A stretch of DNA of 64,000 nucleotides, from contig JALAGF010004837.1 of NCBI GenBank assembly GCA_030167865.1, positions 248,001 to 312,000 on the forward strand, read 5' to 3'. The notes beneath the pieces were generated by a model. It did not search any database. It worked only from the letters and a program-made list of their open reading frames with translations, and was not told the origin of the DNA. The DNA comes from Craspedostauros australis (Eukaryota). This document shows, piece by piece, positions 45,833 to 58,885 of the stretch. How positions within the stretch are numbered: the first letter of the stretch is position 1; the number at the start of each line of letters is the position of its first letter. A program made the position numbers and the translations under genes.

Positions 45833-46564
45833 TCAGCCGTGGAATCCTTGGGGCAGGGAGCCGCCGGTGGCAAACGAAGACATCTCCATCTCACGCATTT
45901 GGGATGACTCCATCCGTCCTCTTATCCTCTCCTTGCTCTTGACCAGGCTCCTGCCCAAGGCATCCAGATGCTTCCAACGCGTTGGATACGGCACGTGGTT
46001 GGCATGGCCCATCCTCCTCGTGATGGCCTCTTGCTTGGCCTGATCGATGCTCTGCATCCACACGCGTGCCTCCTCCGCGTTGGCGACGGCGTAGACATGT
46101 TGCTTGCGCAAGGTGGACACCGTGACCAAGGCCCGGTAGCCTGATCCCAGCTGCGATGCTGCATCGACGAAGTCGGTCGACGCTATGCCCGCTTCCACGG
46201 ACTCCAGATCGAACGGCGATCCCTTGGGATCTGGCGAAGTCGCGGTGGAGAACTTGTAAAGGAACGACCCGCAGAGGATGAGGTACCGGTGTTTCCAGCT
46301 AGGACATAGGAAGCTGAGAAAGCTGATGGAGCTGACCCAGCGCTGCAGGAACTCCGGCAGGATGGAGTAGAGCGGCGGGGTGTGCAGCTTCATGACGGAT
46401 CCGTGTTGCTGCGGAGACGAATCGAGCAACGTCAGCGCGGATAGGCCGGATCTGCCCGAAGTCCTCAATACCCCATCGCGTGCGGGTGGTGACGCACCAG
46501 TCGCGGTGACATCCACCGGTGGTGACGGGCGTCGCTGTCTCATAGATCCTGACTCGGAACCCAT
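45833..46564 (-). CDS. PH-domain protein
   Basis: WKHRYLILCGSFLYKF..PKG..L and YAVANAEEARVWMQSI (PH signature). Confidence 0.75.
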   Translation of the reverse strand: MGSESGSMRQRRPSPPVDVTATGASPPARDGVLRTSGRSGLSALTLLDSSPQQHGSVMKLHTPPLYSILPEFLQRWVSSISFLSFLCPSWKHRYLILCGSFLYKFSTATSPDPKGSPFDLESVEAGIASTDFVDAASQLGSGYRALVTVSTLRKQHVYAVANAEEARVWMQSIDQAKQEAITRRMGHANHVPYPTRWKHLDALGRSLVKSKERIRGRMESSQMREMEMSSFATGGSLPQGFHG

Positions 46565-47567
46565 GGTGGAAGGAGGAGGACGTAACGGCGTTGGCGACGT
46601 TCGGTCGTATTCTATTCCGGAGCTCTGATTTGGCGTGCTGTGGGGCGGATGAATGTGTCCAGTGCTGGTGTTTCTACGGAAGAGCAGAACGATTGCGATT
46701 GCGCGCTGTTATCGATTGAGAACGATGATCAACCGTCGACGAACGCGAATGTGATCGACCTTGGTTCCTTCTTTCGAATTGTGTGTACGTACGTTTGGAT
46801 TGCATCCACAAGAGAGAGCATTCGTCTGAGTTGTTGATGCCGGTGTCCAAGCGCGCTCTTGGGGGCGCTCTCGTCTCATCGTTTCGTTGACGCAGCAATC
46901 ATTCGAAAACTGTTGTGCTGGCGGCTGCAGTTGTGGCGTCTGGGACATTGGGACGATTTGCTTCTTTTGTGTTCTTCGTGTTGTTCAGTGATTGAGACAG
47001 TCCTGTTGTATTCTTGACTCGTGAATCGACCGCTTGGACTGTTGGTGACAAGACTCCAAGGATCGTGTGTTTGTGTTCGTGGAGCGTCACGCGATAACTC
47101 TATTTGTGGCGACAGTGGCAGAGTCCATGAAAACGGCATGCAACAATCAACAGAACACACCAGGGGGCAACATCAGGAGGCTTCCATCCGACTCGGCAAG
47201 AAGACGAGAGAGAGAGAGAGAGAGACATGCGAACATCGCACGAGACACAAGAACAAGAAGGAAAAGACGAGGTATTTCATGAATCAGCCATTCCATTTGT
47301 GGCCACCATCGCATCAGTACCCCCAAGACGACGTGAAGGTTGCAAGTTGATAGCAATTTGCCAAGCATCCGCTGGACAGAAGGCTGATCCGATCAATAGA
47401 AGTGGGGGATAGCACTCTGGTGGAGCAGTGCACTCTCGAGAGTCGCGTATTGGCGGCAAAGCAGTCCGAGAGAGCATATCGATACAGACATCACCGCAGA
47501 GCGTACATTGCAGAGGTCTCTGCCATACTATTCCATACTATACTATACCATACCCTGCTATAACAGC

Positions 47568-49525
47568 ATGATGAACGGTGCGACCAACGACGCCGCCGAT
47601 GCCGCGGACGGAGGCAAAAGCAACGACGGGGTCACCATGATCGCGAAGTTCGGGAAGGAGCGGATAACGCTGGAAGACTTGGAGCCAGATTGCACGATCG
47701 GCCAGGTCAAAGAACTGCTGCAGCAGAAGACGCGGGTGCTGCCAAAGCGGCAGAAGCTCATCGGTTTGGCGCTCCAGAACAAGGGACCCGTTAGCGACGA
47801 TGTCATGCTCAAGGCACTCAAGGTGAAGGCGTCCAATAAAAAAGCTAACGCGGCCAGCGCAAGTGCAGGTGTGGTGCATCAGTTCATCCTCATGGGGACG
47901 CCGGAGAAGGACATCTTCGTGGATCCTGGCGACCGTGATGATCTTCCCGATGTCGTGGATGACTTTGATCTGGATTTCAATGCAGGGAGCGACGAGGTGA
48001 GTGAAGAGCTGAGTTCTTCCAGAATTGTTACCACATCATACTCGAATGGTCCAGGAACAATAATGATGCAAATGGCGCCTTTGAATGAGACTGAATCCTT
48101 GACGGATTCTTTGGCGAGGCATCACTTGGTCAATGAGTGGGATCCTCCATCAACATGTGAATCTCACCCAACTTCGCCCTCACAATACGATACGATACGA
48201 TGCGTTCGATGCAATTTTACACTCCATATGGTGCAGTGGCTGAATCATGTGGCGAACGATGGAAAGCTAAAGAAATTCACGGCGAGTACGCAGATCCCCA
48301 TCATGAGTCAGCCGAGACAAGGGAAGCCTTTGCTCGTGCTCGATCTGGATCATACTTTGCTGGACTTCAGCAGCAAGTCCCTGCAACAGGACTCGGCGTC
48401 TCATGCGGTTGGAGCAGGTGCCGCGGCAGTCATGAAGAGGTGAGTTCAAGATACCTGAAGTTGAATGCAGTGCTGTATTACCGTGTCGTAGCAGCGTATT
48501 TTGCATCGGAAAACATGATGAACGAAATGTAGTGCTTGGCGTCGCGTTGCGCTGGGTGGGGACGCAGTTTCATGACCGAACCTCTTCACTCCTCACAATA
48601 TTTTGCGTTGCACACATCAAACGTTCGTCTCCTCGTCGCATCGCATGTAATTGCACCTTGCACTCAACCACACACACACACACACACACACAAACACGCC
48701 GCCTTGAAAACGTAGACCCTTCATGGATGAATTCTTGACGAACGCATACAAGTATTACGACCTAGTGGTGTGGTCGCAAACATCGTGGCGGGTAAGTAAA
48801 AAGGCAGACAGTGACGCAGGACGAGTGTGTGTGAGAGAGGGAGATGTTCCTTCAAGGTTTCGTGCACCAAAATGCCTTTCTACTTTCTACGTTGGGAGTG
48901 AAGATTGCTGCCAACTCCCATGCGTTCGATGCTGATGCCAAAGTTATCACATGGAATCATGGCTTTGCTGCATTGTGGAGCACCGTGATACATGACCTCA
49001 CCATAATCCCAGATCAACCCTTCCCTTCCTTCCTTTCTCGCTTGTTTGCTTGTTTGAATTTGAATCGCGTAGTGGCTGGAGACCAAGTTGACGGAACTAG
49101 GGATGCTGATTCATCCGGGGTACCGATTTTGCTTCGTGCTGGACAAGACGTCCATGTTCACCGTGAAGAGCACGAGACGGAATGGCACCAGCGTCAACCA
49201 TCACGTGAAGCCATTGCAAATCATTTGGTCGAAATTCCCTCAATGGGGCAGCCACAACACTGTCCATATCGATGACCTATCGCGGAACTTCGCGCTGAAC
49301 ATGGGCTCGGGACTGAAGATCTCCGCATACTACCGCAAGAAGAGCAAGGCCAAACGGGATGTGGCGCTGCAGGCATTGAGCCAGTATCTGGAGCAGCTGG
49401 TCAAAGCGGAAGTGAATTTTGATAATGTGAACTTTGACGTGTGGGAGGATGTCGTGGCGGGCAAAGCATCCATGATATCGCCGTCGGCATCAGCACCCGA
49501 TGACAAGACGGAAGGTGATTCGTGA
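47568..49525 (+). CDS. UBLCP1: Ubiquitin-like domain CTD phosphatase; exons 47568-47996, 48237-48439, 48716-48791, 49073-49525
   Basis: UBL domain (TRVLPKRQKLIGL), LLVLDLDHTL, MKR|PFMDEFL, VWSQTSWR|WLETKL, VKPLQIIW, HIDDLSRNF; GT-AG introns in phase. Confidence 0.9.
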
Positions 49526-49751
49526 TGCACGAGTATGATGTATGTACGTACAAGTACTCCATGATACTAGAGAGGAGTAATAGAGCATACAAATTTGCTG
49601 CTCTTGAGTTCATCTCCTTGCGATCAGAAGTGTTTGTGGATGGCATGAGAAGGACACCGAAGCAGCACAAGAGTATCAGCAGCGGCACGTAGCTTTTGCA
49701 GTGGAGTGCCGTCGAGTAGATCATACGTAGAGAAAGGGAATGCAAGTTGCT

Positions 49752-50930
49752 TTAGAAGTTCCGATCACCCACATCACCTCTTTTGTTGCCGCTGCCTCTT
49801 GGATTGGCCTCACGGAAGTTGTCCCAGTCTCTATCAAGCTTCGCACTGGCATCCACAAGGTCGGCATCGTCCTCCATCCCGTCCTGAACGAGCTGATCAT
49901 ACCGTCTCGGCGCTTTCGATTGCTCCTTCTCCGATTCCTTCTGGCGCGCCTCGCGTTCCTTGGCCTCCCGAACCTCGCGGTCCGCCAACTCCTCCAACGA
50001 CATCGTGGGCTGGTTCCATCCCGGTCGGAAGACCTGCGACTTGAGCTCCTCGCGTTTGAATCGGAGCTGGCCCGTGGCATTGTCCTTCGTAACGCGGGTG
50101 ACCTTCAATGTGCCCTGCCGGTGCTGCGCCAACCGCGGATCGTTGGGCGAAGCTTGCATGTGCGAGGACGGTCCACCGCGGTGCCGATTCTTGGCCTGCA
50201 TGTCCTGCTCGCGTGCCAGCATCATGTGGACCATGGGCAATTCGCGCTGCGCAGACTGCATCTGTTCGAATGCCTCCGATTTGTAGATTTGCAGCTGCTG
50301 CAAGGCGACGGTGCGTTCCAGCTGATCCGAATCGAACCCGTCGAGATCTTCGTTGTCCTCCATTCCCAGCCGTTGCCGACGCTGCTGCAGTCCCTGCAAC
50401 CGTTGCATCTCCTGCTGACATTGCTGTTTGAGCTTGAAGCGTGCAATCTTGTCCTCGCGCTGTTGGGCAGCATTGATGGTTGCCATCTGCGCAGACAAAG
50501 CGCCATTGTTGTTGCCACTGCTGTTGCCACTGCTGTTTCCGCCGTTGTCATCACCGCTCCCCTGCTCCATGATCGCCTCCAGCTGCATCTTCTCCGTCTG
50601 CGACAACTGCTCCAGCTGCTCCAACTGATTGAGGAAGTGCACCCACGTATCGACCGCCTTGAGGATGTTCTCCTTGCGGATCTGCATCTTGCCTACCTCC
50701 ATGGGGAGGTTCATGGTTGCGATCGCCACGAAGTGGGACACCGCCAGCAACGGAATGGACTTGTTGCTGACATCCTCCAAGGTCTCGTTGGAGGAGAAGA
50801 GCGACAGCGCAGAGCAGTCCCTCTGCACTTGCTGCAGGATCTCCAACGCTTCTTGGGGTGATGATTCCACCAGCGACATTCCCTTGCGGTACGTCGCCGC
50901 CAGGCCTTGGGGGTTGCCGTTGCTCGCCAT
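49752..50930 (-). CDS. TAP42: TAP42/alpha4 (IGBP1) PP2A regulatory protein
   Basis: LFSSNETLEDV, REDKIARFK, VFRPGWNQPTMSLEE, RDWDNFREANPRGSGNK. Confidence 0.92.
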   Translation of the reverse strand: MASNGNPQGLAATYRKGMSLVESSPQEALEILQQVQRDCSALSLFSSNETLEDVSNKSIPLLAVSHFVAIATMNLPMEVGKMQIRKENILKAVDTWVHFLNQLEQLEQLSQTEKMQLEAIMEQGSGDDNGGNSSGNSSGNNNGALSAQMATINAAQQREDKIARFKLKQQCQQEMQRLQGLQQRRQRLGMEDNEDLDGFDSDQLERTVALQQLQIYKSEAFEQMQSAQRELPMVHMMLAREQDMQAKNRHRGGPSSHMQASPNDPRLAQHRQGTLKVTRVTKDNATGQLRFKREELKSQVFRPGWNQPTMSLEELADREVREAKEREARQKESEKEQSKAPRRYDQLVQDGMEDDADLVDASAKLDRDWDNFREANPRGSGNKRGDVGDRNF

Positions 50931-51311
50931 GTTTGCAGTATAACGATGACTATACAGTATTATAATATTCTATGTCCGTAGGTACGGATGAGCGTGTCGG
51001 ATGATGCTGGCTGCCGAATGTTGTGGAACGTTGAACACAGAAGTGTGGTTGTTTGTTTTGGTGTTGGGTTTGTGTTGTCATCTTTCTCCATTTCTGTCTT
51101 GTTTCACTTCATTCGGACTCATCATGAAGGTACCATGAGGTATTGTGCCACCATTAAAGAAGTACTATTTCCTCCCAACCAATGATGGTGAAAGTCCGGA
51201 CACAACCCCAACCACTTCAACCACCACAACGACTGCAGCCATCATCCTCATCATTCATTGTCTCTCATCACATCACACCATCGAACACACAAGCCAAGCA
51301 AAAGGAGCAAG

Positions 51312-52841
51312 ATGAGAGAACTGTTGCAATTTACGGAGGACGGGGAGTATGCAGTGGCTGCGCTGGGCAGCGTGGTGTACTTGCTGAAGGGTGGGGAACG
51401 ATGCATCGAGCTGATGCACTCGCCGCAGCCATCCAATGTACCAAAGAAGAAGCAGCAGTCGAAAAAGAAGAATTCATCGAAAGAGAAACAGGACGATCAG
51501 CAGCAGCAACGGCAGCAGCAGAGTGGATCTGAGGGAAAAGAGGACGATGCAGGTGCCTCGGCTGCAGCAGCCAACAGGGCCAAGCAGCTGGAGGATAGAT
51601 TGGACGTGGAGACGGTTGCCGTCAAGGAGATCGATTCCGCGATTTGTTGCGTCGTTTCCAGACAGGACAAAACGGTCTGCATTTACAGACTAGCAGCGAG
51701 TACTATCAGCGAGGCAGCGTCCGCGAAGCCATCGATCATCCACAGGGTTCCAAAGCGCATCTCGTCCCTCACATTTGCAGCAGCAACTGGCAAGAGCGGC
51801 AGCGACTTCGTGCTCCTGTTGGTGGGCGATCTCGTTGGCGATATCTGGGCCTTGAGCTTGGACAAGCAGCAGCGTAGATTGATGCTCGGTCACACGGCTT
51901 CCATGATCACGGGAATGTGCGTGTCACACACATCTAGCACCACCGACGACAATGCCACCAACGACAATGCCAACGGGAGTTACCTGCTCAGCGCAGATCG
52001 TGATGAAAAGGTGCGCATCAGCCAGTTCCCCAACACGGAGAACACAACAGGCTTTCTCCTCGGCCACACGGCGTTCATCACTTCCATGGTCTGCATTACA
52101 AAAGATGGTGGCAAGCAGGTGGCGTTCACGGCCAGCGCCGATGGCACCATTCGCACGTGGGATATTCCAACCATGGCACAGCTCCATGTCACGCAAGTCG
52201 CCAAGGATGTGCACGAGAACAGAGGCGAGGACAACGAAGATGCAGACGTCAATGATCAATGTCTCATTCCCACGAGCCTGGCGATCAACGAGAGCGCGAC
52301 CTTGCTTTCGGTGATTTATGATGGGAGCAAGGCCGTCCAGTTGTATTCGATCGCGGAACGTACGCACGCATTGCAGCTCGTGACATCCGCTACATGTGAT
52401 GCGCAACCGCTGTCCATCCAATTCAACAAGGATGACGAACTCAGCGTGCTGCTGGAAGCGCCACATTACTGCACGAGATTCAAGGCGGCAGCGGATGGAT
52501 TGACCGTCATCGATGACAAAGAAGTCAACGCGAGTGCCATGTCCGTGCTGAAGCAAACCGCAACCGATCAGGCGGTGAAGACGCTGTCATCGGTCGTGGA
52601 GAAGGACAAGAAGGGTTTCCCACAGTTACGGAAACTGGAAGAGAAGAGGGGACCCGGAGGCGATTACAAGCCGTGGGAGCGCGTCGAGCGCATCGAGGTT
52701 GCCAAGAAGCGTGATCAGCGTGCCAAGAAGAGACGACGCACCCAGCTCCTGCAACAGAAGCAGCAAGAACAGGGAGCTGAAGCTGAAACTGGTGAAGAGG
52801 AGACAGAACAGAAGCCCTCTCAAGAAAAGGAACAGCAGTAG
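51312..52841 (+). CDS. TRM82: WD40 subunit of the tRNA m7G46 methyltransferase (WDR4/Trm82)
   Basis: VPKR, GDLVGD, LGHTASMIT, SADRDEKVRISQFP, FLLGHTAFITS, SADGTIRTWD. Confidence 0.85.
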   Translation: MRELLQFTEDGEYAVAALGSVVYLLKGGERCIELMHSPQPSNVPKKKQQSKKKNSSKEKQDDQQQQRQQQSGSEGKEDDAGASAAAANRAKQLEDRLDVETVAVKEIDSAICCVVSRQDKTVCIYRLAASTISEAASAKPSIIHRVPKRISSLTFAAATGKSGSDFVLLLVGDLVGDIWALSLDKQQRRLMLGHTASMITGMCVSHTSSTTDDNATNDNANGSYLLSADRDEKVRISQFPNTENTTGFLLGHTAFITSMVCITKDGGKQVAFTASADGTIRTWDIPTMAQLHVTQVAKDVHENRGEDNEDADVNDQCLIPTSLAINESATLLSVIYDGSKAVQLYSIAERTHALQLVTSATCDAQPLSIQFNKDDELSVLLEAPHYCTRFKAAADGLTVIDDKEVNASAMSVLKQTATDQAVKTLSSVVEKDKKGFPQLRKLEEKRGPGGDYKPWERVERIEVAKKRDQRAKKRRRTQLLQQKQQEQGAEAETGEEETEQKPSQEKEQQ

Positions 52842-53186
52842 CATCCGCAATCCACTCTGCTCTCTTTGGTGTCACATTCATCATCGAACGTCTTGTGTGT
52901 GTGAGTAGAAATAAAGCGAGAAAGAGAGAGGGAGAGAGTACTCTAGGGCATTTGATGTTCTGCCTTTTTGATGCGTGCAATTCTACATCCACAAGTGTGG
53001 TTGCTGTCTAACTTGGTTGATACTTGCTCTCTCGAGTGTTGGGCAACAGTGACGCAAAAGGAAGACTACGCTGCAACACAACTTGTCTTGAGCACTCTCC
53101 ACGTACAAATACTCTAGTATTCTACCCTCGATTATTCCACGTTGCTCGTTTACTTCTGATTTGCCGCTTTGCAATCTCCCAACGCT

Positions 53187-54130
53187 TCACGACGAAGTAA
53201 TGAGCTCGTACTGCGGCTGAGCATTCTGCGAATCATTCTCCGGTGGGATGCCCCGATACGGCTTGGCCTTGTGGATGGTTATCGGGTTGTTTGGCTTGTC
53301 CTGTTTGTCCGTCGCCACCAATCCCATGCGCTGAATGACGGCCATGCCGCTGTATATCCTGCCAAAGATCGTGTGCTTGCCATCCAGCCACGGGGTCGGT
53401 TTCAGCGTGACGAAGAATTGCGATCCGTTCGTGTTGGGTCCGGCGTTGGCCATGCTGACGACACCAGCGCCGGTGTGCTTCAGGTTCCTCGTGATTTCGT
53501 CTTCGAATTTGCCGCCGTAGATCTGTTTGCACAGAGTGTGGGCGCAGAATGTTCATGATAATGTTCATGTTCATGCCATCGTGGCCGTCGTTGCCGTTGA
53601 AATGATCGTGAAAAGAAAGAACGTTCAAGGAATGGAATTAGTTGAATTGAATGTTGGAAGAGAATGAATGATGGTACCAATAACAGGGAGGAGCGCATGG
53701 AAGATGCACATGTACAATACAAAGCAACCAACGCATACTGTGTCTGGAAGAACGCTGTTCTTGCACGTTCAACCTTCCACCAAACGGCACCGACAGCTTC
53801 ATCATCAACGCAAAGTCCAAGCAAGTGCGAGATCGCACTATTCTGTGGAATAGAATGACGGAATGGACGGCGACGATGACGATAACGATCACGACAACTT
53901 ACCGATTCACCACCACGTCCAGTTCCCGTTGGATCACCACCCTGGATCATGAAGTCACGGATGACGCGATGGAAGACGGTGTTGTCGTAATACCCCTCAT
54001 GGGCCAACCCAGCGACATTGTAGCATGCGCGTGGTGCGTGCTTGTGGTACAATTCGATAACGAAACTTCCCACGCTGGTGTCGAACTTGACGTACGACCA
54101 TGGGGCGTTGGGATCCGTGGATGTGCTCAT
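53187..54130 (-). CDS. PPIL1: Cyclophilin-type PPIase; exons 54130-53903 and 53522-53187
   Basis: [64 protein letters not shown]. Confidence 0.9.
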
Positions 54131-54660
54131 GTTGCTACACGGTTTCTTGTTTCAATGTGGAGTTAAGCCTGTGCTTCTGTGGATGCGGGTGGTTGTGATG
54201 GGCGCCGTTGATCGGAATGTTGTCGCAAGACCAATCCAAATACGCAGATGGACATGAAGATGGGGATGAACATGGGCGTGGAAGAAAGAGGGAGACGCGC
54301 AGCCATCATCGCCGTGGATCACCATGGTCACCACGTGAATGGAGATGTTTGGCGTTTGGTTCCAGGAAAGCAAAAAATGGGATGATGTTTGTAGTCGAAG
54401 GGATCGGATTCAGCTTGGTTGGCGGTTCGACGCCCCCAAAACCTACAGAAGGACAGACAGTGGATCTGAGCGACAATTCGAAAATTGACATGATCCTCCG
54501 ATTGTGTGATGGCAACGCGCGAGGCTTCCACGAGACCAAGAGAGGCAATCAATCTGCGACACTTGCACTGACCGTGCATCAGCCAACCACCATCGACAAG
54601 CTCACAAATAGCAACACACACAAGCAAATACGACAGGACAGCAAGACACTCCGAGACGAG

Positions 54661-56288
54661 ATGAAGTTCACTGGCACGGCTCTTGTATTCACGGCGCTCC
54701 TGGCGGACGCCTCCGGTTTCTCATTGACCATGGGAACCGGCAACACCTTCGGCAGAGTGTTTCGAATTTCCACATGGGGCGAATCGCACGGTGGCGGCGT
54801 CGGCGTGGTGCTGGACGGCTGCCCACCCCGCATCCCGCTGACGCGAGAGGAGATCCAGGTGGATCTGGATCGCAGACGGCCGGGACAATCCCGCATCACT
54901 ACTCCTCGCAATGAGGCGGATGCTGTGGAGATCATGTCGGGCCTCACTCCGGACGGTCTGACCTTGGGAACGCCCATCGCCATGGTGGTTCGCAACAAGG
55001 ATCAGCGATCGCAGGATTACCTCGAAAATGACATGAAGGTGGCCTACCGACCATCCCACGCGGATGCCACGTACGATGCCAAGTACGGCGTGCGTGCCAT
55101 CGCCGGTGGTGGACGGTCCTCGGCGCGTGAGACCATCGGACGCGTCGCCGCCGGTGCGATCGCCAGGAAGATCCTGCACAAGTTCAATGGCATCGAGGTT
55201 CTGGCCTACGTTTCCAAGGTGCAGGACATCGAGACCAAGGACGTCGATCACGACACCTTCACCATGGAGGAGGTCGATTCCAACATGGTGCGCTGCCCCG
55301 ATGCCGACAAGGCCGACGAGATGCTTGCCCGAATCGACGAGATCCGCAAATCTGGAAACTCCATTGGCGGCGTTGTCACCTGCGTCGCGCGCAACGTCCC
55401 AGCCGGTCTGGGCTCCCCAGTCTTCGACAAGCTCGAGGCCGAGCTGGCCAAGGCCTGCATGTCCATCCCTGCCGCGAAGGGCTTCGAATCCGGCATGGGC
55501 TTCGAGGGAACGCTGTACACCGGCAAGGAACACAACGATGAGTTCTACATCGACCCGGAGACAGGTGCCACACGAACCAGGACCAACCGATCCGGTGGAA
55601 TCCAGGGAGGTATCAGCAACGGAGAGAACATCGTCGTGCGCGTCGCCTTCAAGCCAACATCCACCATCGGACAAGCGCAGGTATGTTTTAGTCTTTGCTG
55701 CCTATTGTCTTTTGGATTGATTTGTGGGCATTGCACAGGTTTCGAGTACGATTGGACGCAGGTATGAGCAGAGGCATGCAGATGAAGATGGGGTTGGGCA
55801 TCCTGTGTTTTGCATGCTTCAATAAACGCATCGGTTGTGCGTGTGCTCAACTTCCAACCATGTTCGCATCATCTCACGTTGCATCGCTAATCTGTTTTTC
55901 TCGCGTGCTGCTCGTTTGCTTACGCAATGATCGATCTACGGACCTACCAAACACCCAACGAATGAATGAATGCCAACGAATGAATGAACACGCGCAGGGA
56001 ACCGTGACAAGAGACGGACAAGAAGTGGAACTAAGAGGAAAGGGACGTCACGACCCCTGCGTCCTGCCACGCGCCGTTCCGATGGTCGAATCCATGGTGG
56101 CGCTGACACTGGCGGATGCTCTGATGATGCAGCAGGCACAATGCGAGCTGTTCCCCAACGACACACCATTGGAAAAGCAGCCCAACCCAATGGGAACCAC
56201 CGCAGTTCGTGAGGGCGGCCCAGCCGTGTTCGAGGAGGATGCCGTTCCAGCCGGAGGTCCTGTCAGCCAGAGGGTGGATGAAGAGTAA
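54661..56288 (+). CDS. aroC: Plastid chorismate synthase; exons 54661-55680 and 55998-56288
   Basis: [61 protein letters not shown] presequence. Confidence 0.96.
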
Positions 56289-56769
56289 AACTAACAAACA
56301 ACGATACGTGGAATTTGCAGACTTTCATTCGTACTCTTGCACGCAGGAGGCAACTCGATGTCACTATTCTACAAGCGTGGTCCGAGCATACAAGTCCATT
56401 GGTCGATGTGAGTGTCTCTGTGCCTCTTTCGAATGAACGAACGAGAGTATTGTCCTCTGAAGAGTTACTGAAGAGTCTGTTGGAAGTTCATTCCGACCAT
56501 CACAACTTGTCGCGTTTGCCGCATGCTTATGCTCAACACTATACAGATCCGCAAAGTACTGTACACATTAGAAAATGCCAACAAGTCAAGATATGATACC
56601 ATACATAGATGTGCTGGTGTGATAAGTTCAAAAGGTTCCGTTCGTTGTTGTGGGTTGGTTGCTAGGCTGGTTGTTTTGGCTGATGGACGAAATGCTACGT
56701 TAGTTGTATCATAGCGTATTCGATCGCAAGTGTATTAGTGGGTGCTCTTATTGTGACAGGGCGGAACGT

Positions 56770-57654
56770 TTATTTCTCCTCGGCGTTTGGTGCTGGTCCG
56801 GTGATGAAGCACTTGGTGATGAATTCGTTCTCCTCCTGTCTGGCCTTGCTGGCCTGTGCCTTCTTGAGGAGCTTTCGTCGGCTGGTTCCGCGGCGTCCTG
56901 GGGTGGCGAATTTGCGCATGTTCTCGCGGTTACGCTTGATCTTCTGCTTCTTGGCGTTCACGCGGCATCCGAAGAGAGCGGTGGTGGATGGGAGGGCACC
57001 GCTCTGGACTGGGGATGGGGCGAATGCCTGTGGTGGACGATTGTTAATGAACGAACGACCGAACGAGTGGTTGTGAAGAGTGGATGATAGAGTTGTGTTG
57101 ATGTACAAAAGAAAGAAGAAAGAAGAGAGAGAGAGAAAAGCATGCAGTGTTGTGATGGGGTTGGGTGAGTGGATGGAGCTGGCATGGGGTGATTGTGAGT
57201 GAGCCCCAACTGGGGTTGATTGGTTGGTCGAGATGTATGACTGGCTGGTTGTTGATGTGTTTTCGATGTTCGCCAGCCCGTCGGTTCGCAACATAGCAGA
57301 AACGCCATTCGCAGCAACGGTACCACATCAAGCCATGTCGTTCTATGAAATGCAACGGCAGGTGATGTGCATGGCTCGATGTGGCATCATTGTTGTGAGG
57401 TGAAAGCCCTGATGGGTGCTTGCTTCACTTGGAACAGAATGGTTTTCCATTTCCGCCTTGTTGCGAACGCCGGACAACGTCAGTCAGTCGAGACTCCTGA
57501 CACTTCAAATTGAGGGCGACAGCTGGCCACCATGCAAGGTATGTTGTGACGCTGCTCGGTTGAGCCAAGCCTTCCCATCTTCGCTTGATGCTCGTACCTC
57601 AGCGGAGAGGGCAACGATGGCCACGAGAAGGATGACGAGGAGCTTGGAGATCAT
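56770..57654 (-). CDS. Small, very basic plastid-targeted protein; exons 57654-57598 and 57027-56770
   Basis: MISKLLVILLVAIVALSAE|AFAPSP..TTALF bipartite presequence, then CRVNAKKQKIKRNRENMRKF..GTSRRKLLKK. Confidence 0.75.
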
Positions 57655-58885
57655 CTTGATGGGTTTCTTTTCGACAGTCGAAGGTTTGGTTGTTTGTGTT
57701 GCTGCGCAAGGTCTGCTTTCTGGTGTTGTTGATGGGTGTTGGTCCGAGAGTGCCGTTGCCGTTGCTGGGTGAGAGAGGTGATGTTCGTGTTGTTGGGGTT
57801 GGTGGCCAAGACAACGACCAGTTGTCGTTCTTGCTTTCCCTGAGTCGGCTGATGTCCGCACAACCACCCACTGACTGACGTTCCTCCTTCCACCGTTCGC
57901 CGCTCACCGCTCACCCACACACCATGTTTCTCCACGATGTTCCGTGGAAAAACGCTTTGTCTGCCTTTTCGTGTCGTGTTGTTCGAACAGCATGCATTTA
58001 ATCGTATGAGTCATTCATCGTGATTCTCCAACGATGGACACTGAAATTCCGTATTCCTGGACAGCGCTTCTGGTCCAGGTAGTCATGTACACCGCAAATC
58101 GATGTCGGACAAACGGACGGACTGTTGTTTATCGCGCCGACAATGCGGCGAGGGGAACAGCACGACAAGAAAAACTGTGGCCAAAATGGCGAGGAAGCTC
58201 ATGTCCGCACGAGCGAGGAGGAAAGACTCACACACATGGATGGAAGACCAAGAAGAGGCAACGACGGGAGCAAAGCTGGGCTGCCAACCATCGAACACCT
58301 CGGACACAAACGGAGAACGGCTGCAATTGTTGGACAAGCAGAGCTGAGTCGAGGAGCGTGGAACAGTTTCGTCCTTTGAACACCACTTGCATCTCAGGCA
58401 ACAAGGACAATCGCCACGGTCACAACCACGATCGCATTGCATTCAACTGCATTCAACTGCATCGCACAGCGCCGCATCGCATTGCATTGAGCCGCGCAGA
58501 AAGTCCGCACTGCATCCGACCTGAGCAAAGACAATCAGAGCCTCGTCGATCGTATCTGATCCGATCCCATCCTTACACCATTCCATTGCCGCAACTTCGC
58601 TTTGCGTCGGTATCAACACGGCTTGCACACTCGCAGCACGCTCGTTGTTGTCGCCACCGCCAACTTGGTCGAAGCAGCCTTCCGAGTATCTCGCTACGAA
58701 ACGCAAAAAGCTGCAATCGCAACTACTACAGCAACTACTACAGTTGCAGCCTCACACGCAGCCTCACACGCAGTTTCAGGCACAGCCAACACAGTACACA
58801 ACGGGCAGTTTTGCGTCTGTGGGACACAAGCGCCTCATCCAACTGGCACACTCCCATTCGAACACGATCACACTTCGCTGACAAC

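Noticed and set aside
47206-47226. GA microsatellite and similar short simple repeats (CA at ~48670, TGAA, CAA)
   Set aside because: Ordinary intergenic or intronic low-complexity sequence.
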